Source: Minisyncoccales bacterium (lineage in GTDB: Bacteria > Patescibacteriota > Minisyncoccia > Minisyncoccales > JAGMDC01). From it: a stretch of 47,507 bases of DNA. This document shows positions 17,652 to 27,281 of this stretch, in pieces. The translations under genes were made by a program, and so were the position numbers. The stretch is taken from NCBI GenBank assembly GCA_049642725.1, contig JBARPC010000005.1:1-47507 (forward strand). The letters run 5' to 3'. Below the pieces are notes generated by a model. That model was not told the DNA's origin. It did not search any database and saw only the letters and a list, made by a program, of their open reading frames with translations. Numbering within the stretch: position 1 is the stretch's first letter; the number at the start of each line of letters is the position of its first letter.

Positions 17652-20600
17652 ATGAAAAAATTTTTTGAAAATTACGTTCAATCAATTTCTTCTAAATTTT
17701 CCCACAAAGAAACTAGCGAAATGGGATACAGAGGAGATTTTGAGATTCTAATTAAAGAGATTTTTAATTCAATTAAGGTTTATAGAATAGGACACGATGA
17801 CAAAGCTGAAGAAGGGAATAAGCCCGATTTTGTCATATTTAAAAATGATGTGCCCATTTTATATATAGAAGCAAAAGACATTGGAATCTCTTTGGATAAG
17901 GTTGAAAAATCGGAACAAATGGCAAGGTATTATGGTTACACGAATTTAGTTCTTACTGATTATGTAGAATTTCGTTTTTATAGAAATGGACTTCGTTACG
18001 AAGAACCAATAAAAATAGCAAATTATAATATTAAAAATCGGACGATTTCGCCTATTCCAGAAAATTACGAACATTTGGCAAAATCGCTAATAAACTTTAC
18101 TCAATCATTCAAAGAGCCAATAAAATCAGGAGAGCATCTTGCTAAAATTATGGGAGGCAGGGGGCAGAGAATTAGGGATAATGTACGCCAATTCTTCGCC
18201 GTTGAAACAGATAAAAATGCAGGGATTTTTCAGGTTTATAAGGCAATACAAGATCTCCTTGTCCACGATCTCACACAAGATTCTTTCTCGAATATGTACG
18301 CGCAAACTCTCGTCTATGGCCTTTTTGTCGCGCGCTATTATGATGAAACACCAGAAACATTCAGTCGCCAGGAAGCACGAGATCTTATCCCTGCTTCTAA
18401 TCCCTTTCTCGGACATTTTTTTGACCATATTGCTGGACGTAATTTCGAGAAAAGGCTTGCCTATATCGTTGACGAACTTTGCGAAGTCTTTTCCCATGCG
18501 AATGTAAAAGAATTAATGAGCCAGTATTTTAAAAAAGATTTATTTGGCGAAGTTTATAAAGGGCTTGATCCTGTAATACATTTTTATGAAGATTTTTTGA
18601 AAGAATACGATTCTGAATTACGAAGAAAAATGGGCGCTTATTATACACCATTGCCTGTTGTGCATTTTATTGTTCGCGCGGTAGACGAATTGCTTAAAAA
18701 AGATTTTGGATTAGCCAGAGGCCTTGCAGACACTGTAAAAAACAATGACGGTACTCATCGTGTCCAAATTCTTGATCCGGCTGTAGGCACCGGTACATTT
18801 TTAAGCTCTGTTATTGACGCTATTCATACCAACCAATTGGAACGAGGGCAAAAAGGAGGATGGGTGAGTTATGTTCATCACGATTTGCTTCCTCGAATTT
18901 ATGGTTTTGAATTAATGATGGCTCCTTATACCATTGCTCACCTTAAAATAAGCATGAAATTGCAAGAAACTGGGTTCAAGTATTTTAATGAAACGCGAGA
19001 GGGAAAAACACGACTTAAAGTTTATCTGACGAATTCTCTTGAGGGCTCTCAACCTCAGAAGGATTTATTTGCTTTTGATTTCGGAGCGGCTATCGCCGAC
19101 GAAGCTAAGGAGGCAACGAAAATTAAAAACGAGAAGCCGATTATGGTTGTGCTTGGTAATCCGCCATATTCTGTTAGCTCATCAAACAAAGGCGAATGGA
19201 TACAAAATTTAATATCAGATTATAAAAAAAACTTGGGCGAAAGAAAAATCAATCTTGATGATGACTATATAAAATTCATTCGTTTCGCAGAACATTTTAT
19301 AGAGAAAAATAAAAGTGGAATAGTAGCCATGATTACCAATAATTCTTTTATTGATGGCATTACGCATCGCCAGATGAGGAAACACTTATTGGAAACATTC
19401 GATGAGATTTATATTCTTGACCTTCATGGAAACTCCAAGAAAAAAGAGAAAGCACTAGACGGAAGCAAGGATGAAAACGTATTTGATATTCAGCAGGGAG
19501 TGGCGATTTCTATATTTATACGTAGGGTTGGCGAAAAAAAAGGACTCGGAAAAGTTTATTATTCCGAAATTTATGGCATAAGAGAATATAAATTTAAAGC
19601 CCTCGACGAAAGTAATTTGAAAACCATAAAATGGAATAATCTTGGATATTCCGAACCTTATTATTTCTTTGTTCCGAAAGATTTTATGGGAAAACAAGAA
19701 TATGAGAAAGGTTTTTCTATAATTGAATTGTTTCACGAATACAATTCTGGAATACAAACAAAAAGAGATCATACGACAATTTCTTTTACAAAAGAAAGGT
19801 TAAAAAAAGTTATTTCTGATTTTCAAAAATTATCTGAACAAGAGATTAGGGTGAATTATAATCTACCAGAAGATGGGCGTGATTGGAAAATAAAATTAGC
19901 AAAAGAAGATTTATTAAGAGATTACAGAATTACTGGTATTTTGTATAGACCATTCGATAATCGATTTACTGTATATACAGGAAAATCAAAAGGTTTTATT
20001 GCATATCCAAGGCAGAAAATTAATAAACATATTATTGAAAAAAATAATTTAGTTTTGGTCACTTGCAGAAATCAAATCTTTAACACAATAGCATTGGTGA
20101 CTAAAAAAATATCTGATTTGCGCACGTATTCAAATCCAGGATCTTTAGGGACGGATTACGTCTTTCCCCTTTATTTATATTTAGATGATGGTTCGTATAT
20201 ACCAAACCTGAAAAGGGAAATAGTTAATGAAACAGAGAAAATTGTTGGTAAAGTTTCTCCAGAAGATCTTTTTGATTATATTTATGCCGTTTTATACTCT
20301 CCAAATTATCGAGAGAAATATAAAGAGTTTCTAAAAATTGATTTTCCATATATTCCTTACCCAAAAGATAAAGTGAGTTTCAAAAAGTTTGTTGCGCTTG
20401 GCGCTAAGTTGCGTTCATTCCATCTTCTTGAGTCGCCAAAAGTAAACCAATTTATTACTACTTATCCTATTACCGGATCCAATGTTATAGAGAAAATAGT
20501 TTACAGAAATGGCAAGGTATTTATTAATGCCGAACAATATTTCGGTAATGTTCCTAAGATAGCTTGGAATTTTTATATTGGTGGTTATCAACCAACTCAA

Positions 20601-20729
20601 AAATGGCTCAAAGATCGAAAAGGTAGAATTCTTATCAGTACTGACATAGATCATTACCAAAAAATCATCATCGCCCTAATCGAAACTGACAGAATTATGA
20701 AAGAAATTGATAAGATTATTAAATTTTAA
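17652..20729 (+). CDS. Type IIG restriction-modification enzyme (fused endonuclease and N6-adenine methyltransferase)
   Basis: 1025 aa. Motif I ILDPAVGTGTFL and motif IV VVLGNPPYSVSS (NPPY) are present, with a long N-terminal nuclease-like region and a C-terminal target-recognition region. Confidence 0.7.
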   Translation: MKKFFENYVQSISSKFSHKETSEMGYRGDFEILIKEIFNSIKVYRIGHDDKAEEGNKPDFVIFKNDVPILYIEAKDIGISLDKVEKSEQMARYYGYTNLVLTDYVEFRFYRNGLRYEEPIKIANYNIKNRTISPIPENYEHLAKSLINFTQSFKEPIKSGEHLAKIMGGRGQRIRDNVRQFFAVETDKNAGIFQVYKAIQDLLVHDLTQDSFSNMYAQTLVYGLFVARYYDETPETFSRQEARDLIPASNPFLGHFFDHIAGRNFEKRLAYIVDELCEVFSHANVKELMSQYFKKDLFGEVYKGLDPVIHFYEDFLKEYDSELRRKMGAYYTPLPVVHFIVRAVDELLKKDFGLARGLADTVKNNDGTHRVQILDPAVGTGTFLSSVIDAIHTNQLERGQKGGWVSYVHHDLLPRIYGFELMMAPYTIAHLKISMKLQETGFKYFNETREGKTRLKVYLTNSLEGSQPQKDLFAFDFGAAIADEAKEATKIKNEKPIMVVLGNPPYSVSSSNKGEWIQNLISDYKKNLGERKINLDDDYIKFIRFAEHFIEKNKSGIVAMITNNSFIDGITHRQMRKHLLETFDEIYILDLHGNSKKKEKALDGSKDENVFDIQQGVAISIFIRRVGEKKGLGKVYYSEIYGIREYKFKALDESNLKTIKWNNLGYSEPYYFFVPKDFMGKQEYEKGFSIIELFHEYNSGIQTKRDHTTISFTKERLKKVISDFQKLSEQEIRVNYNLPEDGRDWKIKLAKEDLLRDYRITGILYRPFDNRFTVYTGKSKGFIAYPRQKINKHIIEKNNLVLVTCRNQIFNTIALVTKKISDLRTYSNPGSLGTDYVFPLYLYLDDGSYIPNLKREIVNETEKIVGKVSPEDLFDYIYAVLYSPNYREKYKEFLKIDFPYIPYPKDKVSFKKFVALGAKLRSFHLLESPKVNQFITTYPITGSNVIEKIVYRNGKVFINAEQYFGNVPKIAWNFYIGGYQPTQKWLKDRKGRILISTDIDHYQKIIIALIETDRIMKEIDKIIKF

Positions 20730-20746
20730 TTAAATAAAACCGACAG

Positions 20747-20808
20747 AAAATTGATAAAATGGTGTATAAGCTTTACTGACTAACGGGAAAGGAGATTAGA
20801 ATTATAGA
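20747..20808 (+). pseudogene. Degraded methylase C-terminal stub
   Basis: Translates (with a stop) as QKIDKMVYKLY*LTGKEIRIIE, the same motif as 10040-10172. Confidence 0.4.
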
Positions 20809-20872
20809 GAGTGTTTCAAGATAGATTATCATAGAGAAAAAACCAATTAAATTGAATTAATACAATAAAACG

Positions 20873-21433
20873 ATGTCAATATTAGATAACTTTATTAAAA
20901 TAGTTGATGAGATTTATGGAGTTTATTTAGATAGCACGGCTGGATTTGATACTGTGAGAGAAAGTTGTATAAAGCTTCAAAAAAATTTAGCCGTTGAATG
21001 CTCATTATCGGAAGAAGAGATAGATAAGCGTTCGTTCACTTTTGGAAAGGGAAATCCTAACAAAAAAGGAGCTTATCCGCTTCATGTTTGTTCGCAGGGG
21101 ATATTCAAAAAGAGAAATAAAAAGAATGGAAGAAATTATAGAATAATTGCGAGACTTTGTTTGGTTATGATTTATCAATACTGGGAAGATTATTATAGGC
21201 CAAGAATAGCTGAAGAGAACAAGGTTTTAAAAGAGAATATAAAATGGGACATAATTGGAGATTTAAGATTTTTTCGTGAGTCGATTATACATCACAAAGG
21301 AATTGCAATTCCTAAGATAGAAAATTGTAAAATATTGAAATGGTTTAAGGAGGGAGAAATAATAAACATTAATAATCGTCAATTTGAAGAAATTATTAGG
21401 AGTATTAAAACTTCAAAATATGAAATATGCTAA
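20873..21433 (+). CDS. Hypothetical protein
   Basis: 186-aa ORF with no recognisable domain. Confidence 0.4.
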   Translation: MSILDNFIKIVDEIYGVYLDSTAGFDTVRESCIKLQKNLAVECSLSEEEIDKRSFTFGKGNPNKKGAYPLHVCSQGIFKKRNKKNGRNYRIIARLCLVMIYQYWEDYYRPRIAEENKVLKENIKWDIIGDLRFFRESIIHHKGIAIPKIENCKILKWFKEGEIININNRQFEEIIRSIKTSKYEIC

Positions 21434-21481
21434 ATAAGAGGAAATTAAAATAGTTGAAGATTTTAACAGCGGTATTTAAAT

Positions 21482-22324
21482 ATGAAAATCGTATTTCCAA
21501 ACAAAAAGCAGTTAGACGAACAATACAAAAAGGAACATCCTGCTGATTTTATGACGCATTTGAATTATGTCTCTTGTTTAAACGATTTGTCTAAAAGTTT
21601 AGTAGTAAAATGCAATATTAATTTAAAAAATAGATTGCCAGAAACAAAAAATTTGTCTAAAAAAATCAGGTTGATAAATTTGGTAAAAAGAAATTTAGAT
21701 GAAGAATACAAATTAATTTTAAGAGATCCTGGGTTCGCTGAAATATGTGTTCCTTGGATTGCCGTTAAATCATACTATCTCTTTTTTAATTTATTTTTAA
21801 CATTAGAGTATTTAATCACTGGTGAGGAGCGTTCCTTCTTCAATTCCCATCACGGTGTTTTAGAAAATCTAAAAAGACATATAAGAAATAAAGAACTTGA
21901 GTTTAATAAGACGCAATTCAATAAAATTTATAAAGGTGGAAGTATATTAAAATGGAAAGCTAAGCCACACGCCAACATTAAAATTACTAGTCCAAATACA
22001 CAAGAAAGATTTTTCCAAATTATTAAAATATTAATGAGGTATTACATTGAAGACTTCAAACGCAAAGAAAAACTAAAAACCTTAAATTGTAAAAAGGGAA
22101 AGAGTTTTTTAAATAAATCTAATATAAATATCTGTGAATTTTTTTACTGGTATAGGATAAAATCTAATTATAGAGATTTAGAATTTTTGGATAAGGATAT
22201 AAGCGATGATTGGTTCAGTGATTTTTATAGAAATTATTTTGAATTAACATCTAACTTTTATAAAACTATTCAAAATTTGATAAACAACTTATCAAAGATT
22301 AGATTAAATAAAATGGTTTTATAA
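21482..22324 (+). CDS. Hypothetical protein
   Basis: 280-aa ORF. Confidence 0.4.
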   Translation: MKIVFPNKKQLDEQYKKEHPADFMTHLNYVSCLNDLSKSLVVKCNINLKNRLPETKNLSKKIRLINLVKRNLDEEYKLILRDPGFAEICVPWIAVKSYYLFFNLFLTLEYLITGEERSFFNSHHGVLENLKRHIRNKELEFNKTQFNKIYKGGSILKWKAKPHANIKITSPNTQERFFQIIKILMRYYIEDFKRKEKLKTLNCKKGKSFLNKSNINICEFFYWYRIKSNYRDLEFLDKDISDDWFSDFYRNYFELTSNFYKTIQNLINNLSKIRLNKMVL

Positions 22325-22383
22325 ACTTTATGAATTAACGGAAGAGGAGATTAAAATTCTTGAAGATTTTAGTAAAAATTAAT
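22325..22383 (+). pseudogene. Methylase C-terminal stub (K)LYELTEEEIKILEDFSKN*
   Basis: It has no start codon and is out of frame with the preceding gene. Confidence 0.45.
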
Positions 22384-22385
22384 CT

Positions 22386-23075
22386 ATGGAATATATTATT
22401 GAGTTTGATACAGGTAAAAATATCCGTTTTACAGGATTTCATTTTTTTAAAAATATAAGCGAATTTTGTAATCTCTGTTACTTTATTTTCAAAGGAGAAA
22501 AGTCTTTTATATTATTAGATATTAATTATGGTTACGATATTGACGACAGATTTCTTTTAAAGCAAATAGTTTCCGCTGAAGTAGACGTTCTGGCTAATAT
22601 AATTTCTTGGGAGTATGAAGTTGCTATGAGGGAATCAAGGATATATTTAAATGATTTTAAAAACATTAAATCTTTTCCTTCTAAGGAGCCAGAAGACGCT
22701 AAATTCATTTATAAGGGATTATTCACGAGTAAACTTACAGAGGAAAATTTGTCTATCCTTTCTGGTTTTAGACAAATGAAGAACGAAGTAAGTCGTCCTC
22801 TCAAGTATTTAATGTGTTATCGTTTGCTTGAAGTATTTGCTAAATATCATGAAAATAATGTAGATAAATTTATAATTAATAATAGAATTAAGACTAAATT
22901 TATGAAAGACCCTAGAAATTCTAAAAATACAAAAACTTTAATTACTCATTTTAGAAATAAAATTCATCCGACAAAAACAACATATATTTTCCCATCAAGT
23001 TTGCTAAGTGCTCATTTGGAAGAGATTGAACGTGTAGTTTCTCTAATAATAGGAGACATAATAAAAATTAAATAA
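22386..23075 (+). CDS. Hypothetical protein
   Basis: 229-aa ORF. Confidence 0.4.
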   Translation: MEYIIEFDTGKNIRFTGFHFFKNISEFCNLCYFIFKGEKSFILLDINYGYDIDDRFLLKQIVSAEVDVLANIISWEYEVAMRESRIYLNDFKNIKSFPSKEPEDAKFIYKGLFTSKLTEENLSILSGFRQMKNEVSRPLKYLMCYRLLEVFAKYHENNVDKFIINNRIKTKFMKDPRNSKNTKTLITHFRNKIHPTKTTYIFPSSLLSAHLEEIERVVSLIIGDIIKIK

Positions 23076-23082
23076 AAAATTA

Positions 23083-23772
23083 ATGAAAAAACAATTAAAA
23101 GATAAAAATTGTATTTATTGCGGGAAGCCAGCAGAGGATGAAGATCATATACCATCTAGGAACCTTTACAAGGGGATTATTAAAAATATAAATCCCATTA
23201 AGGTGCCAAGTTGTAGAAATTGTAATAATTCTTTTTCAAAAGATGAAGTATATTTTAGAGATTTAATTAGTAGTTTAAGATATGAACAATCAATAACGGC
23301 TACTTGTTTGTTTGATAGCGTTATTAAAAGATCAATAATAAAAAAACCCGGTTTAGCTAAAAAGATGTTCAATCAGATGTCCTTGGTGAATTTCTATTCG
23401 AAAGGTGGTATTTATTTGGGGAGAAAAACAGCAATAAAAATTGATCACAAAAGAGTATTTAATGTTTTAGATAAATATATAAAAGGATTATTTTACCATC
23501 ACTTCGGTCAAGCTATACTAAATGATTGGATAATTAGTCATCATTGGCTTACGCCTCAGTTCGAGAAAAGAGTGATCGATATTCTCAAAAAATTAAAATG
23601 GAAAAGAGTTCAAAAAAATGTTTTTGTTTACGGATATAATTTTGTACCGAATACCTACCAGTCGATTTGGTGTTTAGTTTTTTTCGGACAACCTATATTT
23701 TATTCATTAGTATTAGATAATGAAACCGCAAACAAAAACCGTAATCAATTTAATAATCAAAATAAAAAATAG
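23083..23772 (+). CDS. HNH-endonuclease-like protein
   Basis: CIYCGK...EDEDHIPSRN...CRNCNNSF matches the CxxC...DH...N...CxxCN signature. Confidence 0.45.
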   Translation: MKKQLKDKNCIYCGKPAEDEDHIPSRNLYKGIIKNINPIKVPSCRNCNNSFSKDEVYFRDLISSLRYEQSITATCLFDSVIKRSIIKKPGLAKKMFNQMSLVNFYSKGGIYLGRKTAIKIDHKRVFNVLDKYIKGLFYHHFGQAILNDWIISHHWLTPQFEKRVIDILKKLKWKRVQKNVFVYGYNFVPNTYQSIWCLVFFGQPIFYSLVLDNETANKNRNQFNNQNKK

Positions 23773-23797
23773 AATATAAAAAATAATTTTTCAGGGT

Positions 23798-24265
23798 TTG
23801 ACAATGGAAGATAATTATTGGAATTATAATAGATTAATAGGGGCAACAGAGGAAGAGATAGAGGCGCTTTTGAAATATGAGATTTGGATGTTTTACGAAA
23901 CTTGTAACCAGCTTAATTCGTGTCAAGCAACGCGATTTGAAAGAAATTTGTTATTAGAGTCACTGTCTACTCATACTAGAATATTAATAGATTTTTTTTA
24001 TGGGAAGAAAAAATATCAGAACGATTTAATAGCTCAAGATTTACTGTCAGATAATATAAATTGGCAAAAGGAGAGGCCATCAGTAACCGAAGTACTTAAG
24101 GTGGCAAAAAATAAAGCAGATAAGCAATTAGCCCATTTGGGTCGTTGGAGAGTAAAAATTGAGAGAGATAATAAAAAGGTATGGAATTGGAATGATATTA
24201 AAAAAGATATGGAAATAATAATTGAGAAATTTGGAAGATTAAGAAATAATCAAAATTTAGTTTAA
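23798..24265 (+). CDS. Hypothetical protein
   Basis: 155-aa ORF. Confidence 0.4.
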   Translation: MTMEDNYWNYNRLIGATEEEIEALLKYEIWMFYETCNQLNSCQATRFERNLLLESLSTHTRILIDFFYGKKKYQNDLIAQDLLSDNINWQKERPSVTEVLKVAKNKADKQLAHLGRWRVKIERDNKKVWNWNDIKKDMEIIIEKFGRLRNNQNLV

Positions 24266-24307
24266 ATTTGAAGAAAGAAAAAAAGTTAAAGAATTCATTT
24301 TTAGATT

Positions 24308-25114
24308 ATGCAAATTAAATTACCAGATATAAATTTATTGATGGAAAAAATTTTACCAGTAAAAGCTTCTTTTATTGGTGATTATATCCATCCGGCCTTG
24401 GGGCAAACTGCGACACAAACCATAGAACAATGGAGATTGAATTATTTAAAAGAGCTAAAACTAAATAATTCTTTTGATAATATTGAGAAATTTAAGGTTT
24501 TTATTACTAGTTTATTACTAAGGGCTAATAGGGGAGAAGTTGGAGGAAGATTATATAATACTTTCAATAATAGGGTTAGAAAATTTAGCGATTTAAATAA
24601 AGGAGATATTAGAAAGGTTTTGAGAGATTCAGGTTATCGTTTTCAGAATCAAGGAACAGAAACCGTATTAAACTCCAAAGAGTTATTATTTAACAAATAT
24701 CAAGGAAAGTGGGATAAGTATTTTAAAGAAGCCAAGGAAGATTATAGGAATAATTTTCCAAACGATGATTTTTTGAAAATAAAGGGAGTTAGTTTCAAAG
24801 TAAGAGATTTAGCTTTAAGCTGTTTCCTGAAAGAATATTCTGCTAATGATTTTCATGTAGTTGATGTTTTAGCAAGAACAGGTTTAATTTTATATGGATA
24901 TGCTGATTTAAATTTTGGCACTAATCCTAACAACAAGAAAAATTATTTATTTTTAAGGAATTTAATAATTAAAATTTCTAAACAAACACGCTATTCGCCA
25001 GGAGAAATTGATAGAATTTTTTGGCATTTTGGCCGAGCAATTTGTAGAAGTAAACCATTATGTGAGGAATGCCCCGTTAAAAACATTTGTTTGACTCATA
25101 AAAATAAAAAGTAA
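24308..25114 (+). CDS. HhH-GPD superfamily DNA-glycosylase-like protein with C-terminal Fe-S-type Cys cluster
   Basis: IKGVSFKVRDLALSCFL (HhH-like), FHVVDVLARTGLI (cf. the EndoIII VDTHVFRV.NRLG motif) and C-x5-C-x2-C-x5-C (CRSKPLCEECPVKNIC). Confidence 0.4.
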   Translation: MQIKLPDINLLMEKILPVKASFIGDYIHPALGQTATQTIEQWRLNYLKELKLNNSFDNIEKFKVFITSLLLRANRGEVGGRLYNTFNNRVRKFSDLNKGDIRKVLRDSGYRFQNQGTETVLNSKELLFNKYQGKWDKYFKEAKEDYRNNFPNDDFLKIKGVSFKVRDLALSCFLKEYSANDFHVVDVLARTGLILYGYADLNFGTNPNNKKNYLFLRNLIIKISKQTRYSPGEIDRIFWHFGRAICRSKPLCEECPVKNICLTHKNKK

Positions 25115-25133
25115 AAATTAATATAAGACAATT

Positions 25134-25538
25134 ATGAAACAATATCTTATAGATGCATCAGTTCTACACGGTTGGTCTAATACTAAAGATAAACACCATT
25201 CAGTATGTAAGAAATTTTTCCAAGATCGCTTAGAAGATGAATTGTTTTTTCCTATTCATTGCCTTTTTGAAGTAAAAGCTTCCAGGGAAAGAAGATTAAA
25301 GGGAGGTGATTTTTCTGGACTACCCGGCAAATTTGTTTTAAGAAATAAGAAATTCATTAACGTTGACCGTAAATTTTTTGATCATTGTCAGCAAAAAGAG
25401 CTTTTCGATGCATTTAAAAAACTAAAAGGTTCTGATTTAATTTATGCATGTATGGCCAAAATAGGCGGTTTCATTCTTGTTACCTGCGATAACGATTTCG
25501 ACGCTTATAGTAGAAAAATAAATTTATTGAAATTATGA
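25134..25538 (+). CDS. PIN-domain protein (VapC-like nuclease)
   Basis: YLIDASVL, FEVKAS and GFILVTCDNDFD match the conserved acidic PIN residues. Confidence 0.55.
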   Translation: MKQYLIDASVLHGWSNTKDKHHSVCKKFFQDRLEDELFFPIHCLFEVKASRERRLKGGDFSGLPGKFVLRNKKFINVDRKFFDHCQQKELFDAFKKLKGSDLIYACMAKIGGFILVTCDNDFDAYSRKINLLKL

Positions 25539-25599
25539 AAGAAAAAATTAAGTAAGAAAGAATTAATAAAAATAATTAAAGAATTTATATTTTATAAAC

Positions 25600-26925
25600 A
25601 TGCTTTGGCTATTTTCAAAAAATAGATCAGTTGATTCATCAAAAATTGTATTAACTGAAGAATTCCGTTCTGTATTGTCTTTATTTGAAAATTCTAATAA
25701 TAATTTGTTTTTAACTGGCAATGCAGGAACAGGAAAAACTACTCTTCTTAAACAATTTCGAGAACAAACGAATAAGAAAGTAGTTTTGTTAGCTCCAACG
25801 GGCATTGCCGCTCTTAATGTTGGGGGGAAAACAATACATTCTTTTTTTCATTTTCCGCCCCGCATTATAACATCTCAAGTCATCAATGAATTATGTTCTA
25901 ATAACCGGATTTACAAAATCGTTGACACTATTATTATCGATGAAGTATCTATGGTTCGAGCTGACGTTTTTGAAGGTATAGATATTTTTATGAGACGGCA
26001 TGGACGAGATAGTAATCGACCATTTGGTGGTGCCCAGATTATTTTAGTTGGCGATCCCTATCAGTTGCCACCTGTTGTGACTTCCGCAGAAGAACCGGTA
26101 ATTTCGAAGATTTACAAAACACCATATTTTTTTAGTGCAAAAGCATATAACGGTGGTAAATTTCGATTATTAGAGTTAACGGAGATTCATCGACAGCACG
26201 ATGCGAAGTTTATCGAGTTTCTAAATTTAATTCGTCACGGAAACGTAAACATGCGAACCCTTCAACCCATTAACAATCGCATCACTAAGGATTTTTATTC
26301 AGATTCTAAAAATCAAGGAGTTACCCTTACAACAACAAATAGGGTAGCAGATACCATCAATCAGACAGAATTATCAAAACTTTCTGGTCCAGAATATGAA
26401 TTTGAGGCCAATATTGAAGGTGAATTCCCTAAAGAAAAAGATGTAATTATTCCTCGCAATTTATCATTGCGTAAAGGTGCGCGCGTTATGGCCCTAAAGA
26501 ACACTGGAAAGTTTAATAACGGAGATATGGGGATTGTAACGAAATTGGATGGAAAAAATATTTCTATCAAATTAGGCTCAACTGGCGAAGAATTCGTCGT
26601 TTTACAAGACGAATGGGAGAATATTCGTTATGGTATTGACCCAGATTCAAATACTATTACGACAGAAGTTCTTGGAAAATTAAAACAATTTCCACTTCGT
26701 CTTGCTTGGGCAATTACTATTCACAAGAGCCAGGGAATGACTTTTGATCGTGTCAATATTGATTATACTCGATCTCCTTTTGTGGGAGGACAAACATACG
26801 TTGCTCTTAGTCGTTGTCGAACCTTAGAGGGCATTACTATCACAAAAGAACTTTACCCGAACGATGTATTCGTCGATGATCGAATAGTTAATTTTATGAA
26901 CGGCTCTCAGGATGCCAAAGTTTAG
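25600..26925 (+). CDS. Pif1/RecD-family SF1 DNA helicase
   Basis: Walker A GNAGTGKTTLL, LLAPTGIAALNVGG, IIDEVSMV, ILVGDPYQLPPV, and the C-terminal TIHKSQGMTFDRV...ALSRCR motif. Confidence 0.7.
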   Translation: MLWLFSKNRSVDSSKIVLTEEFRSVLSLFENSNNNLFLTGNAGTGKTTLLKQFREQTNKKVVLLAPTGIAALNVGGKTIHSFFHFPPRIITSQVINELCSNNRIYKIVDTIIIDEVSMVRADVFEGIDIFMRRHGRDSNRPFGGAQIILVGDPYQLPPVVTSAEEPVISKIYKTPYFFSAKAYNGGKFRLLELTEIHRQHDAKFIEFLNLIRHGNVNMRTLQPINNRITKDFYSDSKNQGVTLTTTNRVADTINQTELSKLSGPEYEFEANIEGEFPKEKDVIIPRNLSLRKGARVMALKNTGKFNNGDMGIVTKLDGKNISIKLGSTGEEFVVLQDEWENIRYGIDPDSNTITTEVLGKLKQFPLRLAWAITIHKSQGMTFDRVNIDYTRSPFVGGQTYVALSRCRTLEGITITKELYPNDVFVDDRIVNFMNGSQDAKV

Positions 26926-26950
26926 GCCGAAATTAAGATAATATTTAAAA

Positions 26951-27136
26951 ATGATTTCTAAGGAAAGTTTAGAAAAATTCAAGAAGATTTATAAAAAAAG
27001 ATTTGGCGAAGACATTTCCGATCAGGTTGCTTTAGAAAAGGCGACTAAATTATTGAATTTAGTGAAAGCCGTTTATCGGCCAATGACTAGAGAAGAATAT
27101 GATAAAGTCCAAAAACGTAGAGAAAAAACAAAATAA
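26951..27136 (+). CDS. Small hypothetical protein
   Basis: 61-aa ORF. Confidence 0.3.
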   Translation: MISKESLEKFKKIYKKRFGEDISDQVALEKATKLLNLVKAVYRPMTREEYDKVQKRREKTK

Positions 27137-27281
27137 TAAGGAGGGATTAGAGGAAGCGAAAAATAATCTGTTGGGATTTTTTGATTTACTTCTCAAAATC
27201 GATAGAAGAATAAATCCTCAAAGATATAAATTAAAAAGGAAGAAGATTTAATTAAATTAATTTTTTTGGGAAAATAGTAAT

